NCBI GenBank assembly: GCA_002499015.1
Contig: DAJY01000100.1
Coordinates: forward strand, 10,768 to 48,446
Length of the DNA: 37,679 bases
Direction of reading: 5' to 3'
Source: Euryarchaeota archaeon UBA242
Lineage (GTDB): Archaea > Thermoplasmatota > Poseidoniia > Poseidoniales > Poseidoniaceae
Shown here: positions 1 to 7,819 of the stretch, piece after piece
How the letters are laid out: each line of letters starts with the position of its first letter
Numbering within the stretch: the first letter of the stretch is position 1
Made by a program: the position numbers and the translations under genes
The notes under the pieces: model-generated
What the model saw: the letters and a program-made list of their open reading frames with translations, nothing else
What the model was told of the DNA's origin: nothing
The model's database searches: none

Positions 1-861
1 TCATTAACACAAGCTGGAATATCTGCAGCGGTTCATGTTCAAAGAAAGCATGTCCCAAGAACTCTGAAGCGATTGGAGGGTAATGGTTGTCTAGTTTCAA
101 GTAAGCGACATACTCCGGGGGCCAAACAAAGACGAATCGTATATGGGTTGACTTCAGAAGGGCGCGATATGGCATCTTTATTACGAAACAATATCCTCTC
201 TAGGGAAGTGATAAAAGATGGTTCTTCTATAAAAATATCTGAGTTGAGAAAGGGCGGTCAATTAACTCTTGATTTGCTATCTCATATCGATGAAGCCATG
301 ATATTCCATGAAAACCCAGTGATTTCCCCTGTTTCAAATCCTGATGGAATAGCATCGCTCGATGCTCAGGCCGGTGAACAACTAGTTAGAAGATTATTTG
401 CAAGGGCATGGGAAGACGGGAAAATTACCAAAGATGAGCAACAATTACTATCTGAAGTTGTAGAATTCTTGGGGATGCATCCCGAAAGAGTTCGTCGACT
501 ATCAGATGAATCTCGGCGTAGCCAAAAAGCTCCACCGCCTGAAGAAATTTACCTTGATATGTTGAAACAAGCATTAGTAGATGGCGAATTGGTTGAAGAT
601 GAAATAGCATTACTTGAAACGGTAAGAGTTGCCTTTGGAATAGATCAATTAGCACATCAAAGATTGTTAAAAATTGCAATAGAGGAACCGGTATTACCGC
701 AAAATATCATAACATACCGTGCTACTTTAGAAACTGCGCTAGCAGATGGAATAATTACTGCTGATGAAGACGCAATGCTACAAACATTACAAAATACTTT
801 GAACATTTCACAATTGCAACATGCAGAAATTCTTGCTGAATTACGCGATAGCATCAAATGA
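1..861 (+). CDS. Winged-helix (MarR/TrmB-like) DNA-binding domain fused to three TerB-like repeats. The 5' end lies outside the window.
   Basis: Frame 1 has no stop from base 1 up to the TTG at 73 used by the ORF track, so the ORF is probably 5'-truncated by the window edge. Bases 1-165 encode SLTQAGISAAVHVQRKHVPRTLKRLEGNGCLVSSKRH..RRIVYGLTSEGR, a typical HTH plus wing. Bases 388-858 encode three ~50-aa repeats with a shared signature (WEDGKITKDEQQLLSEVVEFLGM / LVDGELVEDEIALLETVRVAFGI / LADGIITADEDAMLQTLQNTLNI) resembling TerB/DjlA-N family repeats. An internal ATG at 169 is an alternative start. Confidence 0.6.
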   Translation, partial: SLTQAGISAAVHVQRKHVPRTLKRLEGNGCLVSSKRHTPGAKQRRIVYGLTSEGRDMASLLRNNILSREVIKDGSSIKISELRKGGQLTLDLLSHIDEAMIFHENPVISPVSNPDGIASLDAQAGEQLVRRLFARAWEDGKITKDEQQLLSEVVEFLGMHPERVRRLSDESRRSQKAPPPEEIYLDMLKQALVDGELVEDEIALLETVRVAFGIDQLAHQRLLKIAIEEPVLPQNIITYRATLETALADGIITADEDAMLQTLQNTLNISQLQHAEILAELRDSIK

Positions 862-896
862 TGCCCCCATAACCACTCATTACGAGGGGACTTGAA

Positions 897-1958
897 ATGG
901 GCATGACCGATGATGAAGTCGCAATCCACGACCAACTGAACTCATTAAGAGTTCAAGTGAAATCAATTGAATATAGTAAGGTAGTTTTGATTGGAGATAT
1001 TATACTGGATAGGTATATCCATGGCTACGCTAATAACCTCAATTCTAATGCACCTGTCCCAGTTTTGAGAGAAACCCATCGAGAGGAGGATGTTGGCGGT
1101 GCTGCACACGTCGCAAGAGGACTGATTTCTATGGGCGTTGAAACGCATCTGTTCGGTGTTGTCGGTGATGACAGAGCTGGAATTAGTATTTTTGAATCTT
1201 TGGCAGATGAGGGCGTTGAATCAACTGGGATCGCCATCGTTAAAGGTATCACTACTACTGTAAAAAATAGACTCCTTGCAACCAGGGAGAGCCTAGTAAG
1301 CGAAGAACAATTACTTCTCCGCTGGGATATTGAAGGTGATGATGATATTCCAAGTGAAGCGATCAAAGCATTGTTTGAAGAAGCCAAGAGTCACCTTGAT
1401 AAAGCAACAGCAGTTATTCTTTCAGATTATGGACAAGGAGTTATCGTTGAAGAAGGGGTCAAAACAATTATTGAGGCTGCAGCACAGAATAATATTCCTG
1501 TAATAGCCGACCCTAAATTAACGGGATTACATCATACGCATGGCGTTGATTGGGTAATATTCCAAGCCAATGGTTTGGAATTAATGCGTAGGCGTTTGGG
1601 TATAGAAAGTGGAGATGAGGCTGCGCATTTACTAATACAAAATCATGATTGGAAGCATTTGGTGGTAGTTTGTGGAGCAGCCGGAGTTACAATCTATTCC
1701 GCAGACGGAAGTTCTGTCCATGCAGAATGTACATTGACTGACCTGCGACAAATGATTGGTTTGGTAGATGCTGCAGTGGTTGCTATTGCTGTTGCGATTT
1801 CAGAAAAACTGAGTGTTTCGCATACAGCGCAATTAGTAAATGCGGCATGCGAATGTATTCTTGCAGCAAGTAGTTCAGACTCATTTGTATTGAATCGTGA
1901 TGATTTAGTAGATAGAATCGGTGAAATGGCTTGGAATCTCCAAGTATCCAAGCGTTGA
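897..1958 (+). CDS. PfkB-family carbohydrate kinase (RfaE/HldE kinase-domain-like)
   Basis: The N-terminus VVLIGDIILDRYIHGYANNLNSNAPVPVL resembles the RfaE domain I signature (GDxxLDRY ... EAPVPV). The length of 353 aa and the C-terminal GLVDAAVVA segment match the position of the PfkB GAGD anion-hole motif, with the Asp retained. The ATG is preceded by GAGGGG. Confidence 0.7.
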   Translation: MGMTDDEVAIHDQLNSLRVQVKSIEYSKVVLIGDIILDRYIHGYANNLNSNAPVPVLRETHREEDVGGAAHVARGLISMGVETHLFGVVGDDRAGISIFESLADEGVESTGIAIVKGITTTVKNRLLATRESLVSEEQLLLRWDIEGDDDIPSEAIKALFEEAKSHLDKATAVILSDYGQGVIVEEGVKTIIEAAAQNNIPVIADPKLTGLHHTHGVDWVIFQANGLELMRRRLGIESGDEAAHLLIQNHDWKHLVVVCGAAGVTIYSADGSSVHAECTLTDLRQMIGLVDAAVVAIAVAISEKLSVSHTAQLVNAACECILAASSSDSFVLNRDDLVDRIGEMAWNLQVSKR

Positions 1959-1967
1959 GGTGATTTT

Positions 1968-2468
1968 ATGAGTTATTGGCCAAGGCCAACCACTGCCGAT
2001 ATCGGTTTACGGGCATTTTCTAATTCACCACATAATTTGATGGTGCAGGCTGCCCTTGGGATGCAAAATATTCTATTGAATGATGAATCGAATTCCAATC
2101 TAAATAAACACCTAAGGCACAATTCGCAATGGAATGTTAGTATTGATTGTGGAGATGATGAATTATACTATGATCTGCTTTTGCTAAAATGGCTGGACGA
2201 AATTCTTTATCGCAGCGAAATCAAGCAACAATGGTTTGTTGATGGACAAGTGATTATTAGCCATTCAAACGGAAAACTAAATTTGCAGGCTCAAGTTTCA
2301 TGGATTGATTGTGAATTAATTACTCGCGAAATTGAGATTAAGGCAGTCACAAGTCACCAGTTAAAATTTGAACAAGTATCTCAGCAACAAGAGATTTTGA
2401 GTGAATGGCCAGAAGTTCCATCGTTTCAAGGACCTGGATGGTTTTGTGATGTCATCTTTGACATATGA
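1968..2468 (+). CDS. Archease
   Basis: N-terminal TTADIGLRAF (archease HTADIG motif), EIKAVTSHQLKFE (archease VKAxTYHxxxV motif) and the C-terminal DVIFDI tail. A strong SD (GAGGTGA) lies 5 nt upstream of the ATG and overlaps the stop of the preceding kinase gene. Confidence 0.85.
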   Translation: MSYWPRPTTADIGLRAFSNSPHNLMVQAALGMQNILLNDESNSNLNKHLRHNSQWNVSIDCGDDELYYDLLLLKWLDEILYRSEIKQQWFVDGQVIISHSNGKLNLQAQVSWIDCELITREIEIKAVTSHQLKFEQVSQQQEILSEWPEVPSFQGPGWFCDVIFDI

Positions 2469-2492
2469 AAAAAGTAGACTAAACATTAGAAA

Positions 2493-2787
2493 GGTGGGAA
2501 TCCGAGGGTGGACGCTCGTTCCTATCAGCCGAATCTGTACACTTCCTCCATCCCGAAACCCCAAAGCACTCATGGCCCCGAGTAGGGCTGCTCCGTTCCC
2601 GGCCTGACCTAATCCCTCGGTTATCTAATTCCCGTTTTCTTCCGAAGACGGTTCATAGCACCCGAATCATGTGGGGGCGAGACATCAATGTCCGCATACA
2701 GAAACCAATAAGCCGCTTTCGCCGCCCCAAGGCTTTCAGCCCACCATAAAGACGATTTGTGGTATAGGGTACGCCTAGCTCCCCACC
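2493..2787 (-). ncRNA. Signal recognition particle RNA (7S/SRP RNA), archaeal-size (~295 nt)
   Basis: This is a GC-rich island in a 379-nt gap between CDSs. The minus-strand read contains GGUCAGGCCGGGAACGGAGCAGCC (plus-strand 2587-2609). That is the conserved SRP helix 8 / domain IV motif, with a GGAA tetraloop and the AGCA symmetric-loop element. The 5' end GGUGGGGA pairs with the 3' end UUCCCACC (helix 1). The 3' end is followed by oligo-T tracts on the minus strand (TTTCT, then TTTTTT at 2468-2473). End coordinates are accurate to about 5 nt. Confidence 0.85.
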
Positions 2788-2810
2788 TATCCCATCCAAT
2801 CCTAACACAG

Positions 2811-2820
2811 GCTATATTTG
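2811..2820 (-). promoter_or_regulatory. Candidate archaeal TATA box for the SRP RNA gene
   Basis: The minus strand reads CAAATATAGC, centred about 26-30 nt upstream of the inferred SRP RNA 5' end at 2787. That is the canonical spacing for archaeal TATA elements. Confidence 0.4.
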
Positions 2821-2847
2821 AACAACTCGCTTTAGCAGCAGGGGATA

Positions 2848-3246
2848 TTATTCCGATTCTTGTTCAACTTGTTCTTCATATTTTGATGGACAGGAAGTTT
2901 TGATTATTTCTGCCTCAAATATATATTGATTATTTTCAAATCGTAAAATACCTTCAGCGTATACCGTTCTATTATCTCCAAGACCATTGGAAACTGAAGC
3001 TTGAGAAAAATCAATAATAATAGATTCACTATCACCATGGAGAATAAATGTTGATGTTGCATTGTCAATACTTCCATCAGAAACTTCACCTCTAATAGCA
3101 ATTGATTTGCCAATGAGTGAATCAGGGTCATCCATTAGAACATCTACAGTTCTAGTAGGTTCTGGTGCTTCTAATATTATTACACCGAGAAGGAAGATGG
3201 TAATTAATCCACCAATGATTAGGAACCTGGTTCTTCTTGCGAGCAT
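2848..3246 (-). CDS. ccmE: Cytochrome c maturation heme chaperone CcmE, CXXXY variant
   Basis: It has an N-terminal membrane anchor (RRTRFLIIGGLITIFLLGVIIL) and an OB-fold-like core that aligns with E. coli CcmE: GKSIAIRGEVSDGSI against GQRLRVGGMVMPGSV, and TVYAEGIL against VVVQGEL. The C-terminal CPSKY (2878-2892) sits where HDENY lies in E. coli, matching the Cys-for-His CXXXY motif described for archaeal and Desulfovibrio CcmE. Its ATG directly abuts the pyrD stop (TGAATG). Confidence 0.65.
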   Translation of the reverse strand: MLARRTRFLIIGGLITIFLLGVIILEAPEPTRTVDVLMDDPDSLIGKSIAIRGEVSDGSIDNATSTFILHGDSESIIIDFSQASVSNGLGDNRTVYAEGILRFENNQYIFEAEIIKTSCPSKYEEQVEQESE

Positions 3247-4440
3247 TCAGTCACCTCTGTGAGAACTTCCTATGGCCTGATCCAATGTTGAATAACCGTT
3301 TTGCCTCATTTTCTTATCAATTCCATTTACTACCTGTTTCGTCAAGGATGCTCCCTCAAAAACAAATCCACTATAAGCTTGAATCAAGGATGCACCGGCA
3401 CAAATTTTCTGCCATGCATCTTCTCCAGACATTATTCCACCAACTCCAATTATTGGGAACTCTCCTTTAGTCATTTTGTAAATTTTTGAAATCATTTCTG
3501 TAGATTTCTGCTGGACTGGCAAACCACTCATGCCACCAGTTTGAGCGAATAACCCTTGTTCCTTGGCGTTGATTTCACTTGGGCGACTAGTAGTAGTATT
3601 TGATGCAATAATACCGTTACAGCCATTCGAGCGGGCTGTATTGACTATTGCCATCAATTGGTCATCATTCAAATCTGGTGAAATCTTAACCAATATTGGT
3701 TTTAGAGAAATTCCATGTAATTTCGATTCAGATTCATTAACAACCTTACATGATTCAATTATCTTCTTCAAATCATCATCTTTCTGTAATTCTCTGAGAT
3801 TAGGAGTATTTGGTGATGAAACGTTTATGACAAAAACATCCGCATATTTCCATAACCGTTGCATTGTAGTTGCATAATCAGCGGCAGCATCTTCAAGTTT
3901 AGTTAGTTTTGATTTACCCAAATTTATCCAAAGAGGAATTTTTGGCTGTCCGTATTTTGAAAAATGCTTATTGAGTTGTATTGCTATATTCTCACTACCA
4001 GGATTATTGAAACCCATTCGATTTACTAAAGCCTTTGATTTTCCTGCCCGAAACATTCTAGGTTTTGGATTACCCAATTGTTCAAGCATTGTAATTCCTC
4101 CAATTTCCATGAACCCCAACCCCAGTGATTCCCAGCCACGCAATGCTTCTGCTCTCTTATCCATTCCAGCAGCAATTCCGAATGGATTCTTGAAATCTAA
4201 GCCAAATATCGCAGTTGGAATTTGTTTAGATGGTTTGTACATTAGCGATACTGAACTTCTAGTTAATGGATTGGAAACCATCAATCGTAATAATTTCAGG
4301 GCTCTACTGTGCGCTTTCTCTGAATCTTGAATTGCCAATAAGGGCTTGGCGATGATGCTGTACCCAAGTCCCATATTAGGTGGGTGATGAAAGGTATTCT
4401 TCAAGACTTGTGCTTGTATGGGCACAAATATGCGCATCAC
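3247..4440 (-). CDS. pyrD: Dihydroorotate dehydrogenase (quinone), class 2
   Basis: Motifs FKNPFGIAAGMDK, MEIGGIT, VNRMGFNNPG, INVSSPNTPNLR, VKISPDL, ASNTT, GGMSGLP and IGVGGI are all present in the class 2 order, with an N-terminal extension. The start is ambiguous. ATG 4440/4437 has GAGGG upstream, while ATG 4374 (MGLGYSII) avoids a 5' overlap with the divergent ORF at 4418. Confidence 0.9.
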   Translation of the reverse strand: MMRIFVPIQAQVLKNTFHHPPNMGLGYSIIAKPLLAIQDSEKAHSRALKLLRLMVSNPLTRSSVSLMYKPSKQIPTAIFGLDFKNPFGIAAGMDKRAEALRGWESLGLGFMEIGGITMLEQLGNPKPRMFRAGKSKALVNRMGFNNPGSENIAIQLNKHFSKYGQPKIPLWINLGKSKLTKLEDAAADYATTMQRLWKYADVFVINVSSPNTPNLRELQKDDDLKKIIESCKVVNESESKLHGISLKPILVKISPDLNDDQLMAIVNTARSNGCNGIIASNTTTSRPSEINAKEQGLFAQTGGMSGLPVQQKSTEMISKIYKMTKGEFPIIGVGGIMSGEDAWQKICAGASLIQAYSGFVFEGASLTKQVVNGIDKKMRQNGYSTLDQAIGSSHRGD

Positions 4441-4864
4441 TGACCCTCAATGGCCAGCACTGCGCGAAGCCGCAAGAAGGATTTTGAGATTAAAGGAAAT
4501 AAAAATTATAATTCCGACTGAATACCATTCTATCACAAATGAAATGATACTAGGGCTTGGAGAAAAACAACCATCACGGCTAACATTCCCACAAATAACC
4601 GAAGGAACCGCCATCGCTGTTGAAATGTTAACTCTGGAAGAAGAACTCGATGGAAGAATAATACAAATCTCTCACAATGAACCGGATTCTGATATTCTTT
4701 GGATCAATGGTGATAATATTTTGTGGCTTGACATAATAGATGCTTGTGAAGAGTTATTATTTGCTGGATACCCCGGTTGTGTCGGATGTGGAGGTCCGAA
4801 CTCAGAACAGAAATGGAACGAATTTAATCAGAGAATTGTTACAAGAAATATTAGTCACCGTTAA
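4418..4864 (+). CDS. Hypothetical protein (148 aa, acidic, C-terminal CVGCGG)
   Basis: This is the only long ORF covering 4441-4864. Its composition is similar to neighbouring genes, and I recognise no family motif. The alternative start at ATG 4430 reduces but does not remove the head-to-head overlap with pyrD if pyrD starts at 4440. Confidence 0.45.
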   Translation: MGTNMRITDPQWPALREAARRILRLKEIKIIIPTEYHSITNEMILGLGEKQPSRLTFPQITEGTAIAVEMLTLEEELDGRIIQISHNEPDSDILWINGDNILWLDIIDACEELLFAGYPGCVGCGGPNSEQKWNEFNQRIVTRNISHR

Positions 4865-4960
4865 CCGAGAAAATTTCAAAAATAAATTATCACTTTTGAC
4901 TAGATACTAAAGTATCTATTTACAGACCCTTTCAAATCTGCTTTAGAGAGGGTTCAAGTA

Positions 4961-7744
4961 TTGTCGCCATTGGCCTTCAAATTCATGGTAGTTCTCATCC
5001 TCGCTGAAAAACCAAGTGTTGCTGCTGATGTCGCTAATGTGCTCGGAGCCAATAATAAGCATGAGACTCATTGGCAAGGAAATGACTTGATTGTCACATG
5101 GGCAATAGGTCATTTATTGCAATTAAAGTACATGGACGACTATGATGCAGATTTCAAAGATTGGAGGAAAACAGTAGAAAGATTGCCATTCATTCCCGAA
5201 GAATTCCAGTATAAAGCAATTGGTGGGAGAGGAAATAAACAACTTACTGCTATTACAAAATTGATTAAAGATAAAAGTGTAAATGAGATTGTTAATGCTT
5301 GTGACGCTGCAAGAGAGGGTGAATTAATTTTCAGAACCATTGTAGAACATAGTAAGTCTAAATTGCCTACTAGTAGAATGTGGCTACAATCAATGACACC
5401 GGATTCAATTCAAAACGCGTGGGATGGTAGAAAGCCTGGTGAAGAATATAACTCACTCAGAGATGCAGCTTATTCCCGTAATGAGGCTGATTGGATAATT
5501 GGTATGAACGGTTCTAGAATTGCCAATTCATTCCTTCCGAAGAAAAGAAATGACAAGGGTGCTATTTCGCTTGGCCGTGTGCAAACCGCAACGCTTGCTA
5601 TGATAGTAGATCACGAGTTAGAAGTTCTAGGACATCAACCAGTTCCATATTGGCAATTGGAAGCTAAATTTACTGCAGGTGAAGCAATATGGAATGCTCG
5701 TTGGGAAAGAAACGGGCACAAAGATGATGAAGATAAACCGGAATATAAATCGCATAGAATAATAGAAGCATCTGAAAAAGAAAAACTTGAGATAATCTTA
5801 TCCGCCGCATCACATGCTGATGTTACACAACAAAATAGAGACTCTGTCGAGAATCCACCACTCAATTTTGATTTGACTACTTTGCAAAGAGAGGCCAACA
5901 ACATCTGGTCTTGGTCGGCGAAAAGAACACTTGGTGTAGCACAGGCTTTGTATGATACTTACAAATTAACAACTTATCCACGTACTGATTCACGATATTT
6001 ACCTGAGGATATGTTCGAGGAAATTACCAACACGATTCATAAGTTAGCTGCACAGGACAAATATAATTCACACGCATTGAAAATTGTTGATGCAAAGAGT
6101 TCCTCTGGAACTGGCATGAACAATACAAAACGTAATTTCAATAATGCTAAAGTTAGTGATCACTTTGCAGTAATCCCTACTGGGAAAATTCCTGATGGAC
6201 TCAGTGGCGACCATGCTAAATTATATGATTTAATTGTGCGAACTTTCCTTGCTTCATGGTACCCAGAGGCGACTTGGGATGTACAGAAGAGAACTGCATC
6301 AATAGAAGGTGAAAATTTCATTAAAGAATCTCGCTGTCTAAAGGTTCCTGGATGGAGGGAGGTCAAGCCTAAAAAACAAGATCTTCCTGAAGGTTGGAAT
6401 TCATTACCATCAAACCCATGCAAAGCAGATATCACGGAATCTGAATTCAAAGAAGAGAAATCTAAACCAAAAAACCGCTTGAAGGAAGCGGGTTTGCTAA
6501 GATTGATGGAGCATGCTGGTAAGCAAATCGATGATGATGACTTGGCGGCTGCAATAAAGGATAAAGGTCTTGGAACTCCGGCAACAAGAGCAGATACCAT
6601 TGAGAAGTTAGTTGATAGAGGATATATTATCCGTTCACGTAATGGTTCGATAAGCGGAACTGCGCATGGAATTAGAATTATTGATGTCCTGCGAAGAATC
6701 CCTGTTGATTGGATTACTTCTGCTGAATTAACTGGAGAAATGGAATCATCACTTCTAAATGTTCAACGAGGTGAAGAACCAAGAGAAACATATATGCAAA
6801 GTATTGTTGCCAAGACAACTTCAATGGTTAATCTGATTCGCGACCATGACCGAGTTCAACTTTATGCCGATGAACCTTCATTAGGCGATTGTCCCCAATG
6901 TGGTAGCCAAATAAATGAGACTACATTGTCTTACCAATGCGCCGAAAATAAAGGGCGTGACAAAGGTTGTTCATTCGTATTTTGGAAAGATTCATCAGGG
7001 CGTTGGTTTGATAGAATTACCGCTACACGCTTAATTGAGAATAAAACAATAACCGATTTACATGGATTCTTTAATCGTAATGGTGAAAGTTATGATGCAA
7101 CAATCACCTTAGAAGAAGATGGTAAAGTGACATCAGCAGGTGCTGAATCAACCGCTAAAGTAACCGATGAAGAATTATGCCCTTGTCCTGCTTGTGAACA
7201 TGGTACGATCCGTATTGGAGATAATATATATGCTTGCGATTTTGATGATTGTAAATTTAGGGGAATTTCAAAGGAAATGTGTAAACGAGTGATAACTGCT
7301 GAAGAAGCAAAGATGATTCTTACTGACGGAAAGTCACCACTACTGAAAGATTTCACATCAAAGAAAAACCTCCCGTTCAATGCATTCCTAGTTCTGACTG
7401 GAAACCGAGTAAGTTACGAATTCCCTCCACGTGATGCACCTGCAGATGCAAAGAAATTCCCTATTGTTGCAGGTGTAGTTGCTATTTGTCCGATTCATAG
7501 CGTTAATATTATTGAAACTGAAACTACATATCAACCAGAAGAGGCAGGTTCAGGTTGTAGTATTCAGTTAATGCGAGAAATCTCAAAAAGAGTGATAACT
7601 CGTGAAGAAGCAAAGGAATTAATTGAGAAGAAATCTGTAGGACCATTTGATGATTTCCTCTCGAAGAAAACACAAAAACCGTTTGCTTCATCTCTTTACC
7701 TTAAGAAAAATGAGTCTGTAGGATATAAATTCGCTAAGCGTTAA
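4961..7744 (+). CDS. topB: DNA topoisomerase III (type IA) with C-terminal zinc ribbons and two topoisomerase C-terminal repeats
   Basis: A Toprim N-terminus (LILAEKPSVA, WAIGHLL, ACDAAREGELIF) and the catalytic Tyr context TTYPRTDSRYL (Tyr codon 5975-5977). The tail has CPQCGS...CAENKGRDKGCSF and CPCPAC...YACDFDDCKF Cys clusters, followed by two ~60-aa repeats (ISKEMCKRVITAEEAKMIL... / ISKRVITREEAKELIE...). The TTG at 4961 has GAGGG 8 nt upstream. ATG 4985 (MVVLILAEKPS) is an equally plausible start. Confidence 0.9.
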   Translation: MSPLAFKFMVVLILAEKPSVAADVANVLGANNKHETHWQGNDLIVTWAIGHLLQLKYMDDYDADFKDWRKTVERLPFIPEEFQYKAIGGRGNKQLTAITKLIKDKSVNEIVNACDAAREGELIFRTIVEHSKSKLPTSRMWLQSMTPDSIQNAWDGRKPGEEYNSLRDAAYSRNEADWIIGMNGSRIANSFLPKKRNDKGAISLGRVQTATLAMIVDHELEVLGHQPVPYWQLEAKFTAGEAIWNARWERNGHKDDEDKPEYKSHRIIEASEKEKLEIILSAASHADVTQQNRDSVENPPLNFDLTTLQREANNIWSWSAKRTLGVAQALYDTYKLTTYPRTDSRYLPEDMFEEITNTIHKLAAQDKYNSHALKIVDAKSSSGTGMNNTKRNFNNAKVSDHFAVIPTGKIPDGLSGDHAKLYDLIVRTFLASWYPEATWDVQKRTASIEGENFIKESRCLKVPGWREVKPKKQDLPEGWNSLPSNPCKADITESEFKEEKSKPKNRLKEAGLLRLMEHAGKQIDDDDLAAAIKDKGLGTPATRADTIEKLVDRGYIIRSRNGSISGTAHGIRIIDVLRRIPVDWITSAELTGEMESSLLNVQRGEEPRETYMQSIVAKTTSMVNLIRDHDRVQLYADEPSLGDCPQCGSQINETTLSYQCAENKGRDKGCSFVFWKDSSGRWFDRITATRLIENKTITDLHGFFNRNGESYDATITLEEDGKVTSAGAESTAKVTDEELCPCPACEHGTIRIGDNIYACDFDDCKFRGISKEMCKRVITAEEAKMILTDGKSPLLKDFTSKKNLPFNAFLVLTGNRVSYEFPPRDAPADAKKFPIVAGVVAICPIHSVNIIETETTYQPEEAGSGCSIQLMREISKRVITREEAKELIEKKSVGPFDDFLSKKTQKPFASSLYLKKNESVGYKFAKR

Positions 7745-7819
7745 TTACCACCATCTTTGCTGATTTATCCTTAATTTCCATGAGAAGGTTGATGGCTCAT
7801 CGGTTGCGGTTGCAGTATT

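Noticed and set aside
1956-1970. The PfkB kinase and archease are in the same reading frame, separated only by TGA plus three codons, suggesting a read-through fusion
   Set aside because: A same-frame arrangement has a one-in-three chance. A strong SD (GAGGTGA) and an ATG show independent initiation, and I see no recoding signal.
2361-2607. ORFs 2361..2573(-) and 2401..2607(+) in the gap after archease
   Set aside because: Both lie on the SRP RNA gene. Their Pro/Arg/Gly-rich translations reflect the GC-rich structured RNA, not coding sequence.
3971-4330. The 119-aa plus-strand ORF inside pyrD, and similar antisense ORFs within pepP, the radical SAM gene, the RND exporter, glyA and serA
   Set aside because: Each is fully nested antisense to a gene with strong family motifs, and none has recognisable motifs of its own.
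4374-4440. Head-to-head overlap of pyrD (start 4440) with ORF 4418..4864
   Set aside because: This is most likely a start-codon assignment problem (pyrD ATG 4374, or ORF ATG 4430) rather than a true divergent overlap. It cannot be resolved from sequence alone.
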